From positions 398,709 to 462,708 of the forward strand of contig CAVRYZ010000008.1 of NCBI GenBank assembly GCA_963725685.1: a DNA stretch of 64,000 bases, in the 5' to 3' direction. The notes beneath the pieces are model-generated. The model saw only the letters and a list, made by a program, of their open reading frames with translations, made no database searches and had not been told where the DNA came from. This document shows, one piece after another, positions 29,351 through 37,836 of the stretch (within the stretch, counting starts at the first letter, position 1; each line of letters starts with the position of its first letter). The DNA is from an uncultured Chloroflexia bacterium. GTDB lineage: Bacteria; Chloroflexota; Anaerolineae; Anaerolineales; UBA4823. The translations under genes were made by a program, and so were the position numbers.

Positions 29351-32300
29351 CTACTTTCTGAGAATAGGCAGCCAGACCTTATTAGGCGCTGCCACAGTGA
29401 AGACGGCAGTTGCCTCACCATTCAGAATGCTACTTTCGTAGTGGGCAGTGTTGACGATGGTTTCACCGTACAGGCTGAAGTCCGTATCCACGCTGGCTGT
29501 GAAGACCACGGTCACATCCGCACCCGCGGGCAGGTTACCCGTCCAGCTGATCGTTCCGCCGTCCTCTGTAGCACCACCATCCTCTAAGAAGGCGACGAAG
29601 TTGATACCTTCAGGTAGGACGTCGGTGAGTGTGACTTGCAGGACCAAACCGTTGCCAGTATTACTCAGCACGATGGTGTACGTAACCAGGCTGCCTGGGA
29701 TGACTAGCTCAGGAGTGGATACCTCTTTCGAGATACCAAGTGCTAGCTCCTGCGGTAGTTTAACCACGTCATCTGAATACTCAGGATGCATGCCGTGGTT
29801 GCGCACGCGGATGCGCTGACCATCACCATCTTCTGAGACTAAGCCGGTCACGCGTACCAGATCATACACCTGGATATCGGCGAAATCGCCGTTGTAGCCA
29901 TCCAGGAAAACGCGCACTAAGCCACTTCCATCGTCAACGAAGAGGGTATCTTCCCCAACTTTGGTAGTGACGGTAGCGGTAATCACAGCCAGCCAACCCT
30001 GATTTTCTTCCAATGAAGCCTGATAGGTAGTGAAGGGCAGGGGAGCTACTTCGCCAGTGCTCGGCGTGATGACTTGCACCATCTCAGCTTCGAAGAACTC
30101 GATTTCAGTATCACCATTATAGATACCGATTGTGCCCACCACACGCACTTTCGTGCCGCGCGTGTAGCTGGTGGGATCGATATCTCCGGCAGGTGCATGC
30201 ACCGTGATGCCGCCCGTTTCATCCTGCACGTAGAGCACATTGAAGAATTCGCCGTAGGCGGCGGTAATCTCGCCTTCGATCCAGACCAGCTTATTCAGGT
30301 TGTCGGGCTGGTTGAGCTCAGTTTGAGCCCGGGCTTCGGCAATGGTGGACAGATGCAGCGGCTCACCCATCAGCCACATGGCAGCTTCCAGGTTGAAGAG
30401 CTCGTTCTGCTTGCCATCACCGGCAGTGTAGGCATAGGTGGTGAAGGCATCGTTACTGTCACCATACAGCAGGATACGCCCCGCACCATTGGGCAGCTGA
30501 GTGACGGCTGCCATTGGCACCGGCAGGGCACCAACTGGCGGCTCCGGCGGATCGTTAGGATACACCCAGGTTGGGTTGTAGATATAGGCATCACCGGCAC
30601 CATCCGCATCCGTGTTGCTGGTGTGGAAAGGATTGTGATAAGAGTCGTCACTATAACCAGTATCCAGGTCACCCTGTACAACGATGTGTACATCCGGAGT
30701 GTCAGCGGTGAGAGGTGTGCCTGGCGTGCGACCGCGCAGCGAATTTACACTCCAAGAGGCCATCGCTTCAACGTTAATCCCGATGGTGGTAGTGTATTCC
30801 GATGGGAAATCGCCCCAAATCGGTCCAAACACATAGCCATTATTATCATTACCCTCAAGGATTTCATCATCGTTCATGCGCATATTAATTTGAGCGCCGG
30901 TGTGGGATTCAATGGCTGCCAGGATATCGTTCTCACGATTGGCTACCGTCGCTGCCCAGGGGACCGAGCCAGTGTAATCGGAAAGACCACACAGCCACAA
31001 ACTGCCGCCGGCCGCTACGTAATCACCGATGGCAGTAAGCTCAGCATTGGTATAGGCAGTCTGAGGAGCCGTGATGATGAGCAGCTTAACCACGGTGGGG
31101 TTTAGGTCAGTCACAGTGAGCTCGTCCAGGTTTTTGAGCACATTGTACTGGTGATCGGATAGGTCATTGACCAGCATCTGCATCTCACTACCCTGGGCAT
31201 TCATATTCCCATGCCCGGCGTCAATCAGGATCAGCGGGAGATGCTCATCCGTCACCGTCAGGTTCAGCAGGCTGGTATTATCATCCGGGTTATCGCCTTC
31301 AGGTGCGCCAATTAATTGCGCCGTTACGACTGCGTCACCAACGCTGACAGGCTGCCAGCTGAAGTTGGCGGTTGCATCACCGTTACCCGGTGCATATACT
31401 TCTACAGAAGAAAGGAAGACACCATTCACATCCATACTCACCGTGACTGTGCGAGGGGCGATATTGCGATTGGTGACCCGGACAGTCAGTAGGGAAGGGT
31501 TGTAGATGGTGGGGATGGTGGGCTGGATGACCAGGTCAGTGATGGAAATATCTTCGCTGCCGAGTGTCCATACCGGTGAGCTGACGATGCGGTCACTATC
31601 AGCCTGGGTTACTCTGACGTAATAATAGTGAACCCCGGTGGAAATATCCAACAAGGGGGTCCAGGTAAAGCTGGCATTGGTCGGTTCGTACAGCGCGGCT
31701 ACCTCACCCTGGTCGGTGATGATCTGCACCAGGCTGGCGAGTTCTCCATCGGGGTCGTCTCCTTCGATTTCGAACTGGATTGTGCCTGAATTGGCGATCT
31801 CAGAGCCCATCCAGGCGCCGTTGGCTTTCATCCGTAATGAGAAGTTTTTATCTTCGGTAGCAAAGGTCCTGCGCTCGCGCAGGGCTTCGAGCAGGGCTTC
31901 CTTCGTCAGCCCAGACATGAGCACTCCTGTACGGTGATCGGTGTTGGTGCCCCAATAGGCGGTGTGCGTGTCTGCGTTATTGGAAGCACCCACTTTCCAG
32001 CCGTAATCCAACGAGCGGATGTACTCATCCTCTGAGAAATCATAGGATGTTCCGTTGCCATTACCAACTTCTTCCATCCTGGCAATATCAGATACTTCAG
32101 GATGGTAAGTCCAATCATTGAAGTTGATCCAACCCGGGTGATTGAATTGCATCACGGTCCCGGCTGGGTCCAGGCCGATCATACCCGTGGTGGAAGCCCA
32201 TTGGTAAAAGCCCATCACGGTCGAACCTGCTTCCAGGTTGGGGGTGTAGTCACAATAGGAGCAACCTGTATTTGTGCGCACGGCATGACGCACAGTATTG

Positions 32301-35300
32301 TAGACATTGATGTGACCTTCGGCGCCTTGGGTGTATTCAAAACCACGCAAGGCAACGAAATTGGAATTCGTTGCAGCCTCGACGGCAGCTAGGGTATTTG
32401 CCCATTCGGTGTCGTCGATAGCGTAGGAATGATCGGAGATGGCCATGAAGTCAAACCCGGCAGCAGCACCGGCTGCCAGTGCCTGATCAGGTGTGCCACT
32501 ACCATCTGAATAGCTGGTGTGATTGTGGATATCTCCAAAATAAACCAGCATTGGTGGTTCGATCGAGGTTTCGAAGGACCATATTTTATCTTCGCCCAGG
32601 GTCAACCCGGCCCAATCGGCGGTGGTGCCCAAGACGGTGGCGGTGTAGAGGGTGGTTGCCAGGAACTTCGCATCGGGATTGAGCGTGACCACAAAATTGG
32701 CAGGATTATAGCTCATGTGGTACGGCACTATGCCGAACGGTCCTTCAAGGATGAAGTGTTCCCCGTCCAGTGATAACGGGTGCATATCTTCGGTGAAAGT
32801 GATGACCACATTCGCAGTCAAAGCCACCTCGGTCGCATCCTCCAGGGGTGAAACCGCCACGATGGCTGGAGGGGTGATATCCGCAGCGCCGGTGGTAAAA
32901 CTCCACTCGTAGGGAGCAGATAGAGGAATGGCGTATACGTCGGTTACGCCCGTGGTCAGCGTGGCGGTATAAACGGTAAATGGAGACAGGCTCACATCAG
33001 GGGTGAAACTGGCGGTAAATGAGCCTGCATCATAGCTAACTACCCCACTGACTGGTCCAACCGAATCAACCAGCGTAAATGTGGCTGGGGTGAGGCTCGC
33101 TGGATCCATCGCCTTGCTGAAAGTCGCTTCCAGCGGGCGATAGAGATTGACGTCGAGCGCAGCCTCCGCAGGATTCGTAGCGGTTACGGTAGGTGGTCGC
33201 AGGTCGACGATATCGGCCTGAAAGCGCGGGTTTACCTGGGGGGTGTCATAGGCGCCGCTCATGCCGGTCACACGCATCAGCATGGGGAAGGTGAATGAGC
33301 TCGTGTCTATCCCGGTCGTCCCGTAAATATATACGGAAGTTTCTCCGCTGCCATCGTTGATCAAGATGGTCTTATTTGTGGTACCCGTCATAGATAATGC
33401 TGTACCCTGGATCTGCACCAGCCTGCCCTGCGTAGGAGCCAGCCCACCGGTGGGGGTAACCAGCGGGGCGGGGACGGTGCCCGTGTCTATCCAGTTGATA
33501 TAGTCTATGGTGCTTAATTCAAGCAAGGCATGATAGACACTCATGCTGCCCTTGATCTGAACCAGGTCGCCTAAAGACAACGGCGGTATTACAGTACCGT
33601 AGGGTGGGTAAATGTACAAACCACCTGTCTCGTCCTGGATGGCAAATGAACGCGTTGCGAAAGAACCGGGTAGAACCGTAACATTGCCACGGATCGTTCC
33701 ATACCAGCCTGCGCCACCTGCACGTGCCTCGGCAATTGTTGAGAGGATATCCGGGTCGATGACGGAGGTCGTCACCGGGTCACCCAGCGTGCCCGTTATC
33801 CAGTTGGAGGCCCACACGCCGTACATGTCATTTACCAGCGTGCCTTCCGTTGCCGGGGCAGTTACGGTGATCGTACGGATGGCGGTGGTTCCATCAGCCA
33901 TGCTGGGGATGGTCCAGCTGATTACATTGGTGTCGATCAGCTGACCGCCATCTGATGCAGATACGAAGGTGACACTGATAGGCAGGCTGTCGGTGATTAC
34001 CACCTGAGTGGCAGGTTCCCCCAGGCTGTTAACCGCCGAGAGAGTGTAATCGAAAGTCTCATTGACACTTACACTGCTGGGGGCTGTTTTGCCGATCGTC
34101 ATCTCAGCAATGGGTGGTACATCGACACATCTAGCGGCAGCAGCCCAGTTGGTGGCTACCCGGATGCCATCTACTGTTCCGGCGGGAGAGGATGTGGCTC
34201 CTCCCTGGCGAATTGCAACAGCAGACATAGCAACCGATGTCCCGATGAGGCTGACAGACACCAGTGGTATGGAAGGTTCTGTATAAGAGCAGGTATCCAA
34301 GACATACAAAGCACTATCGAGGTTGTTAATATTGTACTTGGCTACAACCAGATAGGTTGTGCCGAAGGCGAAGTTGGTGGCACCATATATGGGTGTACCG
34401 GAGGATGGAAACAAGCCAAAGTTCAGTTGTCCGCCCGTATTTTTGGCGTAAACCCTGGCACGCAAGTTCGAGGTCCCAGTATCTTTGATGTGCAGGAAAT
34501 AATCGCCTGTGGTGGTGGCCGAGGACAAATTGACCAGAGCTGCAAAGTATACAGTTCCAGTGCTCTGCGCGGCAAAGCTGCGGTTTACGTCCTCACCTCC
34601 CAAAGAAGTAAAGGTGGCGGAACCAGCGATCCCTGACGAGGCATAAGATGGCATTGAAAGGCTGGTGGGGGCATACTGGACTGGATTGGTACCTGCGCCT
34701 GAATGGGCGATCCAGTTCCCAGCGCTCACTACCGTCAAATCACCCGCCGAACCGCCATAGCTGAAATTCTCATCTAGAAGTGGGGGTGGAACATAACACG
34801 TTGCTGCGTCAGCCCAATTGTCTGCCACTCGAATGCCATCCACCGTCCCGTTGGGACCAGTGGTGGCTCCGCCCTGTCGAATGGCAATCCCGAGGATGGA
34901 GGCCAAAGGTGTGCCTGTTGCAGAGGCGAGTGGCGCAGGCTCTGTGCTCGAACAGCTATCTAGGACAAACACATCGCTGGCACCGCTGACCTGATCATGT
35001 TTGGCTACCACCAAGTAGGTGGTGTTATAGGCGAAATTAGTCGTGCCGTATGTGGGGGTGCTGCTCGTGCCAATCCCGAACTGCAGCGCTCCTGCGGAAT
35101 CACGGGCGAAGAGACGTGCCGCGAAGCCAGTGGTCGAATTTTTAAAGTGGATAAAATAGTCACCGGCGGTGGTCGCCATGGACAAATTGACCAGAGAGGC
35201 ATAATACACTACACTTCCGGTCTGTTCTGCAAAGGTGCGGTTCGCATCCTCTCCCGAAAGATCAAAGACCGCGGAACCGGCGATGCCTGATGAGACGTAA

Positions 35301-35590
35301 GACGGCATCACCAGGCTGGTAATGGCATACTGGATTGGATTGGTGCCCGCACCGGAGTGGGCAACCCAGAGTCCACCGCTCATTACGGTGAGGTCACCCG
35401 CAACTCCACCATAGTCAAAGTTCTCATCCAGAAGTGGGTCGGCCAACACACCCGATTGGTGGCGCACAGCCGGTAATCCACTGGCTTGAGCCTGACTGGT
35501 GGGCGAAAAAGCGGGCAGGATCAGCATGAGCACCATGATGGCTCGAGCTGATATGCTTAAATAATGACGGTACTTCCCTTGTAAGTGCAT
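29351..35590 (-). CDS. Giant secreted multidomain protein (2079 aa)
   Basis: Domain order, N- to C-terminal:
- N-terminal signal/TM segment IMVLMLILPAFSPTSQAQA.
- Two tandem copies of a 218-aa module.
- DUF11-like repeat (also one near the C-terminus, EVSTPELVIPGSLVTYTIVLSNTG).
- OB-fold-like segment FAIQDETGGLYIYP.
- SbsA-Ig-type domains (PPTVTATNPAE.., PPAIVAVSPLE..).
- PHP motif FGDIHNHTSYSDG...ISDHS...NADTHT.
- CARDB-like domain.
- Second OB-fold-like segment LYVQDETGGITVHAP. Confidence 0.85.
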   Translation of the reverse strand: MHLQGKYRHYLSISARAIMVLMLILPAFSPTSQAQASGLPAVRHQSGVLADPLLDENFDYGGVAGDLTVMSGGLWVAHSGAGTNPIQYAITSLVMPSYVSSGIAGSAVFDLSGEDANRTFAEQTGSVVYYASLVNLSMATTAGDYFIHFKNSTTGFAARLFARDSAGALQFGIGTSSTPTYGTTNFAYNTTYLVVAKHDQVSGASDVFVLDSCSSTEPAPLASATGTPLASILGIAIRQGGATTGPNGTVDGIRVADNWADAATCYVPPPLLDENFSYGGSAGDLTVVSAGNWIAHSGAGTNPVQYAPTSLSMPSYASSGIAGSATFTSLGGEDVNRSFAAQSTGTVYFAALVNLSSATTTGDYFLHIKDTGTSNLRARVYAKNTGGQLNFGLFPSSGTPIYGATNFAFGTTYLVVAKYNINNLDSALYVLDTCSYTEPSIPLVSVSLIGTSVAMSAVAIRQGGATSSPAGTVDGIRVATNWAAAARCVDVPPIAEMTIGKTAPSSVSVNETFDYTLSAVNSLGEPATQVVITDSLPISVTFVSASDGGQLIDTNVISWTIPSMADGTTAIRTITVTAPATEGTLVNDMYGVWASNWITGTLGDPVTTSVIDPDILSTIAEARAGGAGWYGTIRGNVTVLPGSFATRSFAIQDETGGLYIYPPYGTVIPPLSLGDLVQIKGSMSVYHALLELSTIDYINWIDTGTVPAPLVTPTGGLAPTQGRLVQIQGTALSMTGTTNKTILINDGSGETSVYIYGTTGIDTSSFTFPMLMRVTGMSGAYDTPQVNPRFQADIVDLRPPTVTATNPAEAALDVNLYRPLEATFSKAMDPASLTPATFTLVDSVGPVSGVVSYDAGSFTASFTPDVSLSPFTVYTATLTTGVTDVYAIPLSAPYEWSFTTGAADITPPAIVAVSPLEDATEVALTANVVITFTEDMHPLSLDGEHFILEGPFGIVPYHMSYNPANFVVTLNPDAKFLATTLYTATVLGTTADWAGLTLGEDKIWSFETSIEPPMLVYFGDIHNHTSYSDGSGTPDQALAAGAAAGFDFMAISDHSYAIDDTEWANTLAAVEAATNSNFVALRGFEYTQGAEGHINVYNTVRHAVRTNTGCSYCDYTPNLEAGSTVMGFYQWASTTGMIGLDPAGTVMQFNHPGWINFNDWTYHPEVSDIARMEEVGNGNGTSYDFSEDEYIRSLDYGWKVGASNNADTHTAYWGTNTDHRTGVLMSGLTKEALLEALRERRTFATEDKNFSLRMKANGAWMGSEIANSGTIQFEIEGDDPDGELASLVQIITDQGEVAALYEPTNASFTWTPLLDISTGVHYYYVRVTQADSDRIVSSPVWTLGSEDISITDLVIQPTIPTIYNPSLLTVRVTNRNIAPRTVTVSMDVNGVFLSSVEVYAPGNGDATANFSWQPVSVGDAVVTAQLIGAPEGDNPDDNTSLLNLTVTDEHLPLILIDAGHGNMNAQGSEMQMLVNDLSDHQYNVLKNLDELTVTDLNPTVVKLLIITAPQTAYTNAELTAIGDYVAAGGSLWLCGLSDYTGSVPWAATVANRENDILAAIESHTGAQINMRMNDDEILEGNDNNGYVFGPIWGDFPSEYTTTIGINVEAMASWSVNSLRGRTPGTPLTADTPDVHIVVQGDLDTGYSDDSYHNPFHTSNTDADGAGDAYIYNPTWVYPNDPPEPPVGALPVPMAAVTQLPNGAGRILLYGDSNDAFTTYAYTAGDGKQNELFNLEAAMWLMGEPLHLSTIAEARAQTELNQPDNLNKLVWIEGEITAAYGEFFNVLYVQDETGGITVHAPAGDIDPTSYTRGTKVRVVGTIGIYNGDTEIEFFEAEMVQVITPSTGEVAPLPFTTYQASLEENQGWLAVITATVTTKVGEDTLFVDDGSGLVRVFLDGYNGDFADIQVYDLVRVTGLVSEDGDGQRIRVRNHGMHPEYSDDVVKLPQELALGISKEVSTPELVIPGSLVTYTIVLSNTGNGLVLQVTLTDVLPEGINFVAFLEDGGATEDGGTISWTGNLPAGADVTVVFTASVDTDFSLYGETIVNTAHYESSILNGEATAVFTVAAPNKVWLPILRK
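34127..35434 (-). repeat. Tandem duplication of a roughly 218-aa (654-nt) N-terminal module inside the giant gene
   Basis: Copy 1 covers aa 53-270 (LLDENFDYGGVAGDLTVMSGGLWVAHSGAGTNPIQYA...GTVDGIRVADNWADAATC). Copy 2 covers aa 271-488 (LLDENFSYGGSAGDLTVVSAGNWIAHSGAGTNPVQYA...GTVDGIRVATNWAAAARC). The copies are collinear over their full length. Confidence 0.8.
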
Positions 35591-35850
35591 TTTTCCTCCT
35601 CAACGGGCAATAATTTAACCCAGGCCTGGCGCGAAAATCTACGCTGGCTAATATAAAGGTCCCTAATTTTTTAGGGGAACTGGAGCCATACTTGACAATG
35701 ATTTGACCTTTGCAGGGGTTAAGCAAATAATATCAGGTTTCAAGGGTTTTGTAAATTGAAAGCTGAGAAAACCGGCTTTATGTTCATGTAAAAAGCAAGC
35801 GTTGGAAAACCGACATCTCTTGGATACCGCCATGTTATACTCGCCATGAC

Positions 35851-36759
35851 ATGACCCCTTTCGCGATTGCTCTCGTCACGGTCTCGGCCTTTATCCACGC
35901 TTTTTGGAATCTGCTGGGTAAACGGCAAAATCCATCCGTGGCGTTCTTTTTTGTCGCCTCAGTATTTGCAGCGATTTGTTTCTCACCCCTGCTGCTGGTT
36001 TACCGCAACACATTTGCCTTGATCCCAGGGCGGGTATGGATTTGGTTGGGGCTTACCGCCTTATTTGAGCTGATCTATTACATCGGCTTGGCGGGGGCAT
36101 ACCGCCATGGTGACATGTCGGTGGCTTATCCGCTGGCGCGGGCGATTCCGGTCATCCTGGTGGCATTAATTGCCACGCTGCTGGGTTTGGGGAAACCGCT
36201 CAGCCTGATGGGTGTGTTGGGCATCCTGGCGGTGGCAATCGGTTGCCTGCTCCTGCCCCAACGCAGCCTGCGCCATCTGCAGCTCTCCAGTTATCTAACC
36301 GCCTGCTGCTTGCTGGCAGGTGTGGCTGCCATCGGCACCACCGGGTATACCCTGGTGGATAACCAGGTGCTGGCTGATCTATTATCTGCACCTGGGATTG
36401 GGCTGAACCGGATCGAGATAGCCTTTTTTTACCTGGCATTAGACAGCGTCTTTATTGCCGTAGTGATGGGTGGGTATATTCTGTTCGCGCGCTTTGAACG
36501 GATTGAGCTACATAAAACATGGGAGATGAACAGAAAGATGGCGCTGATTACCGGTCTGCTGATCGTGGGCACATATGGCCTGGTGCTGGCCGCCATGGCT
36601 TATGCCACCAACGTCAGTTATATTGCCGCGTTTCGCCAGCTTAGCATCCCATTGGGAGCCATCTTGGGCATCCTGGTCCAAAAGGAACCAGCTTACCCTC
36701 CCAAGCTGGCCAGTATCGGTATTATTTTTGTGGGTTTGATCCTGATTGCCCTGGCATGA
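35851..36759 (+). CDS. EamA/DMT family transporter
   Basis: 302 aa with about 10 hydrophobic helices in a duplicated EamA-like pattern. The ATG lies 9 nt after an extended -10 element, so the mRNA may be leaderless. Confidence 0.8.
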   Translation: MTPFAIALVTVSAFIHAFWNLLGKRQNPSVAFFFVASVFAAICFSPLLLVYRNTFALIPGRVWIWLGLTALFELIYYIGLAGAYRHGDMSVAYPLARAIPVILVALIATLLGLGKPLSLMGVLGILAVAIGCLLLPQRSLRHLQLSSYLTACCLLAGVAAIGTTGYTLVDNQVLADLLSAPGIGLNRIEIAFFYLALDSVFIAVVMGGYILFARFERIELHKTWEMNRKMALITGLLIVGTYGLVLAAMAYATNVSYIAAFRQLSIPLGAILGILVQKEPAYPPKLASIGIIFVGLILIALA

Positions 36760-36907
36760 AGGGGTGGTCTACAGCAAATTCATCAGCTCCTAAGCGATGC
36801 GATAAATTAATTCCTCATAATGAAAGCTATGCTCCAACAAGCACCCCGGGAACCCAGGTTGCCGTGTATGATAAAATAGTGCCCACATTGAGCAAAGGAG
36901 CAGATTA

Positions 36908-37723
36908 ATGATAGATCAACCTAAAGGAGAAAAGCCCGCCCTGACGGTCATTATCCAGTCTTGGTGGACTCCCGCGCTGGTTGTGGTCGCGCTGGTGGTT
37001 GGGCTGTTGGCGGGTTATTTCGGTCACCCGTTGTTAGCAAAAGACTCGCAGCCCACGCAACCCGTTGTAGTGGTTAATACGCCGGTACCCTCTGATCCCA
37101 CTGGCCAGCTTTCAAGCCCGACAGCCACCGTGAATCCTACCATCGCTGCGATCGACAGTACTGAGAAATTGATGGCATACCTTGTCCAGAATACCACCCA
37201 CTTCAAAGGCGATCCCAACGCCACGGTCACAATCATCGAATTTAGCGATTATCAATGACCATACTGCGGGCGTTTTGCCGCTGACGCGGGTCGTCAGATC
37301 GAAACAACTTACGTAGATACAGGCAAAGTGCGTTTTGGTTATTTCAACTTTGCCTTCCTGGGAGATGAATCACAGTGGTCAGCTGAAGCTGCTGAATGTG
37401 CTGGTGATCAAGATGCATATTGGGAATTTCATGATTACCTGTTCACCCATCAGAGTGGTGAGAATGGGGGTGCGTTCAGCAAAGATAACTTGAAAGGCTT
37501 CGCAGCCAGCATGAAATTGGATACAAAGGCATTCAATACCTGCCTTGACTCGGGAAAATATACTCAGCTCGTCCAGGATCAAACCAATATTGGCCGGCAA
37601 TTAGGGGTATCCTCCACGCCTACTTTTGCCGTCAATGGGAAGCCTGTGGTCGGGGCGCAATCTTTCGATACTTTCAAAGCTACCATCGATGGGCTTCTAA
37701 ACCCACCTGCCCCAACCCCGTAG
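36908..37723 (+). CDS. Membrane-anchored DsbA-like thiol:disulfide oxidoreductase with an in-frame TGA (candidate Sec) at the first position of the CxxC motif
   Basis: Track ORFs 36908..37258 and 37328..37723 share one frame. The read-through sequence is ...ATVTIIEFSDYQ-TGA(37256-37258)-PYCGRFAADAGRQIETTYVDTGKVRFGYF..., with no other stop. DsbA/BdbD proteins normally read F-S-D-(Y/F)-Q-C-P-Y-C here. There is an N-terminal TM anchor. Confidence 0.7.
37281..37297 (+). promoter_or_regulatory. Candidate bacterial SECIS-like hairpin downstream of the DsbA-like TGA
   Basis: CTGACG-cgggt-CGTCAG. The 6-bp stem starts 23 nt after the TGA and the loop contains G and U. An alternative weaker hairpin lies at 37264-37283. 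Confidence 0.35.
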
Positions 37724-37746
37724 TTGATACGCAGTTTTAGTATCTC

Positions 37747-37786
37747 AACGAGCAGACGCCACATGCCTGCTCGTTGTTGTTTTATT
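37747..37786 (+). terminator. Rho-independent terminator after the DsbA-like gene
   Basis: AACGAGCAG-acgccacatgc-CTGCTCGTT followed by GTTGTTTTATT. Confidence 0.6.
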
Positions 37787-37816
37787 GGTATACTGTAGAT
37801 AACGTTACAGGATTAC
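37786..37816 (+). promoter_or_regulatory. Extended -10 promoter (TGgTATACT) plus an operator-like motif upstream of alr
   Basis: TGGTATACT lies at 37786-37794. TTACAGGATTAC at 37805-37816 contains an 11-mer (TTACAGGATTA) identical to part of the site at 4237-4247. Confidence 0.35.
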
Positions 37817-37836
37817 TGGGACCCAGAGCGAGATAG

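Noticed and set aside
30074-31105. 343-aa plus-strand ORF, and many other 60-180-aa ORFs, lying antisense inside the giant gene and inside most other genes (for example 216..608, 714..1088, 3421..3882, 11979..12515, 17394..17927, 44545..45192, 48264..48845).
   Set aside because: They lie fully within, and antisense or out of frame to, long ORFs with clear family motifs. They have no recognisable motifs or Shine-Dalgarno sequences and show skewed composition. These are typical shadow ORFs.
35424-35928. ORFs 35424..35726 and 35740..35928 in the giant-gene/EamA intergenic region.
   Set aside because: They overlap the 5' end of the giant gene or the EamA start. The composition is unremarkable, with no Shine-Dalgarno and no family resemblance.
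37264-37283. Alternative SECIS candidate for the DsbA-like gene (CTGCGG-gcgttttg-CCGCTG with a T/T mismatch).
   Set aside because: It is a weaker stem and lies closer to the UGA than the 37281-37297 hairpin. I keep it only as a fallback, since neither can be validated without a model.
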